A stretch of DNA of 64,000 bases, taken from positions 16,306,001 to 16,370,000 of the forward strand of contig NC_043022.1 of assembly GCF_006345805.1 (NCBI RefSeq). Direction: 5' to 3'. Made by a program: the position numbers and the translations under genes. The first letter of the stretch is position 1, and each line of letters begins with the position of its first letter. Source of the DNA: Octopus sinensis. Lineage: Eukaryota. The notes beneath the pieces were generated by a model. The model had not been told where the DNA came from. It made no database searches and saw only the letters and a program-made list of their open reading frames with translations. Positions 1 to 10,733 of the stretch are shown in pieces.

Positions 1-868
1 CGTGTGTGTGTGTGTGTGTATGTGTGTTCAAGAGACCCTGATTTTTGTGTTTGTGAGTGTGTGTGTACATGTGTGTGGGTATACTGTTTGAAAACCCTGG
101 GAAGTAAACAGGTATTGTCATTGATTAATATACTCAACAAAATTCTAATAACTCACTATCACTGAAGGCCATATTTGGATTGGATTGGATTGGATTGGAA
201 TGCTCATGTTCAGTCTACTGCAGGACAAAGTTCTCAGCATGTCCCCCCCCCCAACTACAGTCTAATATGGAGGTTGTGAATTTGAGCTTGAGATCATAAT
301 GGTTCGATGAACCCACTCTGCTACACTGGTTTGACATGGTTTGGCAGAAGGGTGCAGCTTTTATACCCTTACCTAGGAGTAGTTAAGTTGATTATGTTGA
401 CCCCGTATTCAACTAGTACTTATTTTTGTTGACCCCGAAAGGATGACAGGCAGAGTCATACCTTGGTGAAATCCAAAAGTCACACACACATACACACACA
501 CACACCTCTCGACAAGGATCTGAAGTACAGACAACAGCAAGTTGCCACTGTTGTCAGAATTGGTTGGAATCATAGATTTTAAGCTTTAACTTGCTGATTA
601 TAAATCTTAAGTTTTTGAAAATGAAAACTAGTGTTGTGTTAGTCTTACTAAAATAAACAAGTCAGTGTCCTGCCCATCCCTAAATCAATCAGTAATAACT
701 TTATTAACTCTATATGTTTATAATAAGTTAATATGCTTAAAACATAGTTAGTCATGCTGCAAAATAATGATTTTGTGATTACCTAACGAGGAAGCCAATA
801 AGCTCCTGAAACTGGCTACAAATTTGTTGTTAGTATGAATTACTGAAAGTATCTGAAGTTGCCATCTG

Positions 869-926
<58 letters not shown>

Positions 927-1257
927 CATTATTATCATTATTATTATTATGATGATGATGATGATGATGTGGTATCAAGAATAAATAGGATTTATGTACA
1001 TTAGTGTTATAATTTTACATTGATCTAGACTTTACAGTTGTCAAAATTTCATTGCTAAGTGAAGTTCTGAAGTTCTGGAGTATATTCTTGGCAAGTCAAT
1101 TCCATGATTTCAAACTGTAACTGCTGATGAATAATTGAGAAGAAATCATTGGAGATTCGTTATTTTGGGGATCTTCCCTGGTAATATTTGACAAGGACCC
1201 TTTAAGAAATGGTTAAACATCCAGACTTTATGCTTTGGAAACTGCTCTGGGGGAACT

Positions 1258-1667
1258 TTTTATCTGTTGTTCATTTCAGTTATTAGACTGTGGCCATGCT
1301 GGAGTACTGCCTTGAAGAATTTTAGTCAAATGAATTGACTCCAGTACATTTTGTTTTAAGACTGGTACTTTTTGTTGGTCTCTTTTGCTGAACTGGTATG
1401 TTACAAGGACATAAACACACCAACAACGGTTGTCAAGAGTGGTGGGGGACAAACACAGATGCAAATACACAAGTACCTATATATATATATACATATATAT
1501 ACTCACACGATGGTCTTCTTTCAGTTCCTCTCTGCCAAATCCACTCACAAGGCTTTGATCGACTTGAGGCTATAGCAGAAGACACTTGGCCAAAGTGCCA
1601 CACACTGAGATTGAACATGGAACCATGTGGTTGGGAAGCAAACTTCATACCACACAACCATGCCTGC
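1258..1667 (-). mobile_element. SINE family A
   Basis: Reverse complement of the 60465 copy. Confidence 0.85.
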
Positions 1668-2242
1668 AGAGGTTAAGTAAAAGTCTACCCTCACCCCCCC
1701 TCTCAGTACCCTAAATGAATCTATAACAAAACAGACTCCTGCTCTTTTAGGAGTGAGTGGGTAGACTGCTGCTGTCATGAACAAATGAACTTCGATGCAA
1801 AGATGCTCTGTTTGTGCTGGCCCATACCATGTCTATATTCTGTGTCGCCCTCCATCTTTCTCTGTCTGGTCCCTGAAGTTCCATAACATACTGAAACTAA
1901 TGCTTCTGAGACTAGAACTTCAACCATTCTTTCTCACCTAGGAAGCTATAACTAAAACAGAAACTTCGGGGCTTTTTTATTTGACAGCATGACACACTGA
2001 TCACTGATAAACAGCTGCATTCATATTTTCTCACAAAGTAGAGGCAAAAATAAGAAAAAAAAACAATGAAAGATAAGACCCTTCATTGGTATATGGAATT
2101 AACACTGTGCAGTTATGACATTTGACACCTACCTAGGGAAAATAACACAGCTACAGATGTTCCTATTTGATGTTCTGTTATGTCATTTTCTACTGGAATC
2201 ACAGGTTTACGTAAAATTATATGTTATCCTGGAGTGACTTAA

Positions 2243-2462
2243 CCCTTTAGCATTTAAACCGACCATATCCGGCCAAAAGTATTCTGCTGTTTTATGTTCA
2301 AACTGGACAGATCTGGTCTCTCACACCAACCCTACAATATCATTTTAAAAATTAACAGCTACCTCATTAGAATCTCATAGCTACAAGATAATGCATGATT
2401 AGTTTAAGGCAATGTGGATAAAAAAGGATTAATTTTGGTATAATAATGCAAACACTAAAGGG
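2243..2462 (+). mobile_element. piggyBac-like MITE (family 1)
   Basis: TTAA|CCCTTTAG ... CTAAAGGG|TTAA. Confidence 0.85.
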
Positions 2463-3236
2463 TTAATTATGGCACTGTCAGATCCAAGAAGTTGGCATTT
2501 TATGTGGAAGACGTTAGAAATTTGAATGTATCCCTTGCTTGGAATTGAAACCCTAGTTCTACCATCCTTCTGATACAAAAACTTACTGAGTGTTTATTTG
2601 ATTACCTCATATTGACATCAGAGATCTTCTTTCATAGTTTAACTCTCACCATTAATTGTTTGTGATTAGAGATAAGTACTTGAGATTTCCTATTCTGTCT
2701 GTGTTCAGGTATTGGAAGCTTCTACAGTTATTCGCTGATTTCAAAATATATTCCTCTTCGTGTTTGGTGAACTCAACAAGGACCCAAAAAACAGTAGATT
2801 GACTAAATTTTTATGGCTCTGATGACTGCTTTCAAATCATTATTGTCACTTCATGTTCAGGTGCATTGTGGGACATTTTAATTGAAAGCTGGCAGCCTGC
2901 CTTCTGCGATGTATATACTGACATATTTTACACTTGTGTTTTGAATACTGGAGTTGAAAGTTTTAGACAAAGGAAAAGTTCCATACTCACTATTTCTTGT
3001 CACAACAATATTACTCACTCTCTCTCTTTCACACACACACACACACACACTTGCATACTACCTCTATATCAGCCCTCTCTATATCCCTCTAGCTCCCTTA
3101 CTCATTCAGATATATGTTTATATATATATATATGTGTGTGTGTGTATACATATATATATATATGTAGATAGATAGATAGATATATACACATAGAATTCAA
3201 TCATTTTTTTTGTCAGTTAGAAAGATTTGTTGCCAA

Positions 3237-3343
3237 CTAGTTTAACTCTAGCGCCATTGATTCAGTTTGATTTGTCGATGAAGTTGTGTTTATCAAGGAA
3301 ACACATCTAGTATTGTAGTTGTTGTTATTGTTTTTTCCTTCAT
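3237..3343 (-). CDS. Candidate terminal exon
   Basis: Acceptor gttttaatcaag, then (Y)EGKNNNNNYNTRCVSLINTTSSTNQTESMALELN*. Gives a 139-nt intron to the previous candidate. Confidence 0.3.
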
Positions 3344-3482
3344 CTTGATTAAAACATGACAAGGTTTCAGTTTTCAGGAGAATTATGTTTGTGGAGGTGT
3401 ACATGTTTGCATACACACTCTGACTACGCACATACAATAGCTCACCACACGGACACACACACACACACACACACACGTTTAC

Positions 3483-3641
3483 ATGCTTGTAGCCTTTCTA
3501 ATTTTTGATCTTGACTAAACTGCAACTCCACTTTATGGACCATTTCCAAATGTGTTTCCTTCAACTTCATCAACTCTGACAATATAGCCTGTTTGTTCCC
3601 CTGAGTCTCCACTAAAGTCTTTTGTCTAGTTTTACTCATAG
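3483..3641 (-). CDS. Candidate exon, coiled-coil-like peptide
   Basis: MSKTRQKTLVETQGNKQAILSELMKLKETHLEMVHKVELQFSQDQKLERLQA. Acceptor ...ggtagattaag and donor gtaaac. Phase-compatible with 3237-3343. Confidence 0.4.
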
Positions 3642-4769
3642 CTTAATCTACCATTACAAAAAAGGTTCCATCAATTCAGTTTTCATTTCCAGTGATCACA
3701 TAGTTTTCCTCCTTTTATAATCCTCTCTCATGCAAGACTACAAAGCACTTTCTTACTCGAAAAAAAAAAAAAAAAGCAAGCAAAAGCAAACACACCCACC
3801 ACTGTAGACCCCTACCTCAACCCCGCTCTCCCTTTAATACCACAACAGGTGTGGGACTTTATACTGCTGAATCAATATAAGTAAGCAGTCCCTGTTGTTT
3901 TCTTTCTTCTGGGGTTTTTTTTGTTTCCTAACTTAATGTGGTATGCTCTCCTCTATAATGCCAGTTAACAGCTTATATATATTCATCTTGCTTCACCAGG
4001 GGAATCGAGAGATGTTTTTTATGTATTTTTACTGAAGCAAATAGATTAATGTATTTAGGCCTGACAGCATCATCACCAGGTCATCAGTTCAAACATTGCT
4101 GTATACAGAGCAGCTTTATGAATGAAGACAGGGCATATTACTCTATCTACCTGAGACAAGTGTAGAACAGAAATGAATTAATTCTCTGCTTTCACGGTTG
4201 AGCAATTAAGAGGTGGAAAAGGTTGTAAATACAGATGCTCCGATAATTTATCTGTGAATATCAAAATTTGTTACAAAAAAATAATGTTACACCACTTTTA
4301 CAAGCCAACCTTTACATAGTCACTTGACTGCTAGAAATAACAACCAAATCTCTCTTTCTTGAATAATGCTAACCATTGTACAAAAAGGAATGACGAGTCT
4401 AGAATGACAAAGGCAGAATGGTCATGAGTTGAATGAGGCCTTTGACCATAGGTAGGGCCAAGTTTATGTATGGGCTGATATAGGCCATGGCCCGTCTTGG
4501 GTTGCCTCAAGTGTTAGGGGGTCACTTTAACTCAGAGGAACCTATATAGCTTGGAGTTAAAAATTAAAAGAATATCTACAGAAATCAAATTGTGATTTTC
4601 TGGTATATATTAGTCACTTATCTGAGGGCAAGTAGCCCTTCATTTTCCTACCTATGAAAATAACTTATTAACAATTGCTATTTAAATATTTTTAGATAAC
4701 ATTCAAATAAGTTGGAAGGACTATGAATTCTTGTTTTAAAAATATTTACAGTTTGAATTATATATTGCA

Positions 4770-4803
<34 letters not shown>

Positions 4804-5042
4804 TCAATTGTTTCCCTTTTCTTGCTGTCTTCCCAACGCCTAGGGCAAAGAAACTTACTGTATACATTGGTAGGCCATTACAATAAACACACCAGATTGT
4901 TCATTTACAAAGTCAGGTTATGTGATTGAAAAAAAAATGGGGGAAAAGAAAGAATAAAGGAAAAAATGGAAATATAGAAAAAAAAGAATGAAAAAAACGA
5001 AAACAAAAAGAAAAGTGGGGGAGGAGAAAGAAAATCCACAGC

Positions 5043-5480
5043 AACAATGCTCTTCTCAATATGTGTGATATACCAGTTAAAATTATTTCTTTTGCACTTC
5101 TTGCCAAGGGTCATTCTCTAATAGTTATCCGTCCCTTTTTTTTGATCATTCCAAGTGCTTCTATAACCACTGGTATTGTAACTGTCTTGGGATGCCACAG
5201 TTTTTTGATCTCAATGAACAAATCTTTATATTTTCTGAGCTTGTCAAATTCTTTTGCCAAGATATTATGATCACAAGGAATGCTCATGTCAATCAATAAA
5301 CAGACTTTACCGTTTTGGTTTGTCATTACAATATCTGGTTTATCAGTTTTGATGGTTCTGTCTGTATGTACTGGAAAGTCCCATAGTACCGTTACATTTT
5401 CTCTCTCAGTTACTGCCTCAGTGTGGTGCTTATACCATTTGTCAGCAGTTTTGATTTTATAATACTGACATATTAACCAA
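5043..5480 (-). mobile_element. R4/Dong-like non-LTR retrotransposon fragment (restriction-like endonuclease domain)
   Basis: CQYYKIKTADKWYKHHTEAV...VLWDFPVHTDRTIKTDKPDIV...CLLIDMSIP...KEFDKLRKYKDL...TIPVVIEALG carries the RLE PD...D...KxxKY motif. The C-terminus is disrupted by a stop or frameshift. Confidence 0.8.
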
Positions 5481-5644
5481 TATTATTATGAAGGTAGTGA
5501 GCTGGCAGAATTGTTAGCATGCTGGGCAAAATCCTTAGTGGTATTATGTCTGTCGTTACATTGTGAGTTCAAATTCTGCCGAGGTCGACTTTGCCTTTCA
5601 TCCTTTTGGGGTGGTATGGGTGCTTCAAAAGTGAAAGAATGTCC

Positions 5645-5755
5645 CTGGAAGATTATCATGAAAGTTTTTTCCTTTTTCTTATTCACCACAACAATGTCAG
5701 GTTTCCAATGTCTGAGTTGATGGTCACACAGAATCATTGCATCCCACAGGATTTT
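5645..5755 (-). mobile_element. Second short RLE LINE fragment
   Basis: KILWDAMILCDHQLRHWKPDIVVVNKKKEKTFMII is the same domain segment as above, from a different subfamily. Confidence 0.65.
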
Positions 5756-5959
5756 TTATTATTATTTAAAGCAGTGAACCTGGCAGAATTGTTAGCATAG
5801 TGGGAAGAATGTTTAACAGCATTTCATCAGTTCAAATTCCACTGAGGTCGACTTCGCCTTTTGGGGGTTGATAAAATAAGTACCAACTGAACACTGGGGT
5901 TGATGTAATCAACTTACCCACTTCCCACAACTTGCTGGCCTTCTGCCAAAATTTGAAGC

Positions 5960-6001
<42 letters not shown>

Positions 6002-6352
6002 GTAATATCATTATATAATATTATGTATCATAATATAAAATGCTTTTTTGATAATATATATATTTCTATATTTGTGCTTGTAGATTTCAAATGGTTTTCT
6101 GTTTTTTAACTAGAAAACTCTAGTGTTGTATTTGTGTTCACAAAGAAATTTTTATTCCATATCAACATATTCGTGGATGAATCCAGTAAATCCATTTTTA
6201 ATTCAAACTAAATCAATAATTTTGTCAAACTGTAATTCATGCAATGAAGAATTTTCAGATTGGGGCTTTTTATGAGTGGCTGTTAAGTGAAGCGTATAAA
6301 AACAGGAAACCATCCTTTGTCTCTTTATGTAGGTTAAAAACAGAAGATATAT

Positions 6353-6354
<2 letters not shown>

Positions 6355-6391
<37 letters not shown>

Positions 6392-6542
6392 ACCCATCTA
6401 TCTATCTGTCTGTCTGTATGTCTGTCTGCCTGTCTGTCGGTCGATCAGTCTATCTACCTATCTATCTATTGATCAATCGATCAATCGGTCTATCCATCCA
6501 TCCATCCATGTCTATCCTTCTATCTATCTATCTATCTATCTG

Positions 6543-6638
<96 letters not shown>

Positions 6639-6663
6639 CCTACCTATCTATCTATCTATCTAC

Positions 6664-6704
<41 letters not shown>

Positions 6705-6735
6705 AATCCTTCTATCTATCTATCCATCTACCTAC
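6355..6735. repeat. Compound (CT)n/(CTGT)n/(ATCT)n microsatellite
   Basis: Directly visible. Confidence 0.95.
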
Positions 6736-8118
6736 CTTTCTACTCATTTCAGTCATTTGACTGTGGCCATGCTGGGGCACCACCTTGAAGAATTTTGAAA
6801 CAAAGGAATCGACTGCAGGACTTTTTTTTTTAAGCATGGTGCCTATCTTATTGGTCTCTTGCTGAACTTTGCTGAGTGAAATGGAGCAACTTGAAATAAA
6901 GTGTCTTGCTCAAAAACACAGCGCACAGCCTAGTCATGGAATCAAACTCACTACGCCATGATTGTGAGCTAGACACTCTAACCACTGGGCCATGCATCTT
7001 CACATGCACAAACACACACATAGATATCAGACTTAATTAAACCACTCAGATGAAAGCTAACTCTTGGCAGCAGCTGTGGTGGTTTGCAGGAATAAGGTTG
7101 AACTTTTCCCATTAACGAATGCTTTATCTCTAGATTGCTAATAGGATGGTGGCCCCTTTGAGATGGTATTCTTGTCTTTGAAGTGAAAAGTCCTTAAAAA
7201 ATGCTTCTTGAAATGTCAGTGATATTTTTTTTTCTTTGTTTTATCAGTTCTTGGTGCTTAACTCTGAGTAATTCCTTTAATTTGCCAGTTGAGTCAGTAC
7301 AAGAACACTTGAAGCTAGAAATGAATGAGTTGAAAAGCTGATCAAAAGCCAACATTTAGGAATTGTTACAACTGACGATGTTGACATCTTGGCCATTGTA
7401 TTTACACTTTGTATCAGAACATATTTATTGTGTGAAAGGTGGCTTTTAATTCTTATTTATGTATTTGTTTTAATTATTATGGTTTTTTATTATACAGATC
7501 AGCAAAGTTGCTGGCAATTCATAATACCATTCCTATTTTTTTAATAACCCTTGCCAACATGAAATTAAATTTATATATATATATGTATATATATATATAT
7601 TATATATATATATATATATATGTTTGTGTGTGTGTGTATATATATATGTGTGTATATATATATGTATGTATGTATATGTATATGTATGTATATATATATA
7701 TATATATGTATTGTATATATATATATGTATGTATATATATATATATATATGTATGTGTATATATATATATATAGATATATATATATACACATTATATATA
7801 GATATATATGTATGTATGTATGTATGTATAGATAGATAGATGTGAAGCCAAAAGTTCTTAGACATTTTCTGTTTGTTTAAATGCTGCTTGGCACCACTGA
7901 AGGGAGTGATAATGTTGAAAGATAATGAAATAGTTATATTCTCCAGTGAGCAGTTGATTAAAGGAACATCCCACAGGCCAAGCGTTTTTGTAAAATAGTT
8001 TGAGTGAAGAGTTGTGTGCAGACAGCAAAATTACAGAGGTGTTAGAATGGCAGACGGATTGCCTTGTGGCATTGGTCCCAGCTCTCTGCCTCTGAATGGA
8101 AGACCTCTGCAAGCTGAC

Positions 8119-8207
8119 CTTGCATTTCAGACTTTCGACATTGACAAATAAAATACTAATAACTGAGCTTGTTTCTTCCCCTCTCTGAATGATCTGCATT
8201 GAAGGAC
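8119..8207 (-). CDS. Candidate exon (frame stays open to 7858)
   Basis: Acceptor ttaattctctttgttcag and donor AAG|gtcagc. PSMQIIQRGEETSSVISILFVNVESLKCK. Confidence 0.3.
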
Positions 8208-8722
8208 CTGAACAAAGAGAATTAACATCATAGCTCCCAATAATCCACCCTGTGTTCTTGATTAGAAGATTTTGCTGTTTGTAACAGTATAATGATAAAA
8301 ATCAAATTTACTTGAAATATCGTCTTTGTTGTTTTAATGACACAAACCTCTTGGATTCTATGGCTGGATGCTCTTCCTAACTCCAAGAGTGTAATGGGTG
8401 CACCCATTTATGCACCCATTACACTCTTGGAGTGGTTGGCATTAGGAAGGACATCCAGCCATAGTAACCATGCCAAACCAGACGCCTGCAGCCTGGTGCA
8501 GCTCTCTGGCTTACCAGTTCCAATCAAACTGTTTAACCATGCCAGCATGGAGAGCGGACGTTAAATAATGAGGATGATGAAGTGTAAGGCGGCTCATTTC
8601 CATTTCTTTACTGCTCCAATATTTAAAGAATATATTTGTAATAACAGATCAAGAATAAAACATCATGTTGTGACATTATGTTGTATTTGTGGACAATTGA
8701 ACAAGATATATTTAAGACTTAC

Positions 8723-8799
8723 TAATAACACTCCTATGTTTTCCTGCATCAAGGACACTCCGATCTTGATGATGTGTCCTAATTTTGACTTGAACATTT
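8723..8799 (-). CDS. Candidate exon
   Basis: Acceptor tttgtcttttttgctctag and donor gtaagt. Two frames are open, and the frame NVQVKIRTHHQDRSVLDAGKHRSVI is phase-compatible with 8207. Confidence 0.35.
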
Positions 8800-9310
8800 C
8801 TAGAGCAAAAAAGACAAACATAAAAAGAAGACCCTTCAGCATTTATTTTCATCTCCTTTCCCAATATATCTCTGTCACGTAGAGATCCTGTGGGGCTTGC
8901 ATGTTTTACTTTTACAGATTCGGAACACAGTTAGTTTAGCATAGATTACCATCCTCCAGGGTCAAAATAGGCTCATGAAAAACATAACCTTCGTCCTCTA
9001 GGATACAAGGAATTCTCAAGGTTTATTTTAGGATAAAAACAGCATCCTTGTTGCCAGGAAATCTGATATTTATCGCTTTATATCTTTGTATTATGTGTCA
9101 ATTCAAAGAAGGGTTTTGCAATGATGGGAAAGGTTTGTCCGTTGGATAGACTGATGCCTGAATTGGAATGTTACTCTATCTTATTCACTGTCTGGTGTTT
9201 GTAAACTCACGTTAGCTTTTCATACATCTTGATGTCAATAGTTAACTTCAAGTCAATTTGAATGAATTCTAACACTTTACCTCTCTTGTGTATCACATGT
9301 GACACACAAG

Positions 9311-9729
9311 GCATATTTATCTGGTGTCTGTGCTTCATATATATGATACATATTTGCAGTTTTTTCCTTCAACTGCCATTGTGACTTGGGACTTATGAAA
9401 TGAAAGCTTTAAAATACTCTGAACAAAGGCTAACTAAAAGTCTGAAATCATATTTCCCTGATGTCCATGCATCATATATGAGACATGTTCCAAATTTTTT
9501 TCAACCACCAGAGTAACTTTGGACTTAGAGAAGGAAAGCTTTACATCAATCAGAATGTATGAAACAAAGGCGAACTAAAAGTCTGCAAACATATTTCCCT
9601 GGTGTCTATGCACATATTTCACAACTTTTTTCAACCACCAGAATAACCTGGAACTCATGAAATGAAAGCTTCATATTACTCAGAACTTATGAACGAGGAT
9701 TAACCAGAAGTCTGAAGACAAGCATGGAC
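9311..9729. repeat. Diverged ~140-bp tandem repeat, 3 units
   Basis: CATATTT..CTG.TGTC...TTTTCAAC...GAAAGCTT...AAGTCTG recurs at ~9311, 9449 and 9590. Confidence 0.75.
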
Positions 9730-9783
9730 TTTATTTATATTATTTACATTCGATGGGTATTTATCCTCATCTTGTTTGTTGTT

Positions 9784-9829
9784 AACACAACGTTTCGCCT
9801 GATATACTCTCCAGCCTTCATCAGGTGCC
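9784..9829 (-). ncRNA. Minimal type I hammerhead ribozyme in the Penelope terminal repeat
   Basis: Minus strand reads GGCAC-CTGATGA-A-GGCTG-GAGAGTATAT-CAGGC-GAA-ACGT-T-GTGTT. This gives the core, stem II with one mismatch, palindromic stem III (ACGT) and stem I (GGCAC/GTGTT). Confidence 0.75.
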
Positions 9830-9898
9830 TTGGGGAAATTTCGAACCTGGGTTCTCATTCCTAAGGTATTTTTCAATGTTGTTGTTATTATTATTATC

Positions 9899-10050
9899 AT
9901 TCAGTAGTTTTATTTTTATAGCATGCTTTCACTTCACTACCGAGCACAGCTCTGTGTGCCTTGGATATGTGTTGTGATTTGTTGTGGTGCTCTGATGGTT
10001 ACTGTATTGAAACTGTTTTGCATAGGATGTGTGCAGTGTCCAGTAGTGCA
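9899..10050 (-). mobile_element. 3' tail of an R4/Dong-like (RLE) LINE nested in an (AAT)n tract
   Basis: Minus strand translates ALLDTAHILCKTVSI, resembling the ORF end of RLE elements and the fragment at 5043-5100 (ILTGISHILRRAL). It is flanked on both sides by AAT repeats. Confidence 0.6.
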
Positions 10051-10091
<41 letters not shown>

Positions 10092-10114
10092 CATTATTGT
10101 TGTTGTTGTTGTTT

Positions 10115-10188
10115 AGGTCACTGCTTGAAATCAAACTTGGATTCTTGGGGTTAGTAGCCCGCGCTCTTAACCACTATGCCATATGCCC
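10115..10188 (-). other. tRNA-like Pol III cassette inside the Penelope 3' region
   Basis: GGGCATATGGCATAGTGGTTAAGAGCGCGGGCTACTAACCCCAAGAATCCAAGTTTGATTTCAAGCAGTGACCT has A-box TGGCATAGTGG and a degenerate B-box GTTTGATTTC. The acceptor stem is imperfect, so this is not a functional tRNA. Confidence 0.65.
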
Positions 10189-10217
10189 GTGGGCAATTAT
10201 GGAGTTAATTTTAGGGC

Positions 10218-10733
10218 TTATAAATCTAATATTTTCCTATCCTTCCCTAATACCGGTTCCCATATGCCACTCATATCTGCACTCGTCCTGCTTAGGAGGT
10301 TGTTGTGTCCTAGCATATGTACTGTTTCTTTTAGTTTTCGTATTTTCCAGTGGTGTTCTCTGTCTATTATTTTAACTTCATCCAACAGGGGGAGGTGGTC
10401 TCCATTTTTCCATATATGATCAGCTATACCCAATTTATCAATATCTCCTCGTGTCACAGCTTTGTGATGTTCGTCTACCCTTATTTTGAGGGGACGGCAT
10501 GTTTCTCCTTTGTATAACCTACCACAGCTGCATGGGATAGAGTACACACAGTCTTTGATCATATTCTCTTCTATTGGTGGTTTTCCTCGAAGGAGATATT
10601 TGCAAAGTGTTGTATTACTTTTGAATGCTGTCCTGATGTCATATGGGCCGCATATCTTTTGTATCTTTTTGGAGAGGCCTTTCACATAGGGTAGACTGGA
10701 CAGTTTATCGGCCTCATCCTCTCTTTTCTTCAT
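10218..10733 (-). CDS. Penelope-type GIY-YIG endonuclease domain (C-terminal fragment of the element ORF)
   Basis: LPYVKGLSKKIQK...CVYSIPCSCGRLYKGETCRPLKIRVDEH...IADHIW...KLKE matches the PLE pattern LPY.../VY.I.C.C...YxGET.R.L..R..EH. The RT domain is missing. Confidence 0.85.
   Translation of the reverse strand: MKKREDEADKLSSLPYVKGLSKKIQKICGPYDIRTAFKSNTTLCKYLLRGKPPIEENMIKDCVYSIPCSCGRLYKGETCRPLKIRVDEHHKAVTRGDIDKLGIADHIWKNGDHLPLLDEVKIIDREHHWKIRKLKETVHMLGHNNLLSRTSADMSGIWEPVLGKDRKILDL

Noticed and set aside
6244-6798. 184-aa ORF and similar long ORFs (7439, 17784, 22504, 42868, 51227)
   Set aside because: These are translations of microsatellites that lack stop codons.
10115-10188. Functional tRNA-Ser(ACT) gene
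   Set aside because: The acceptor and T stems do not pair properly, and it is embedded in a retroelement.
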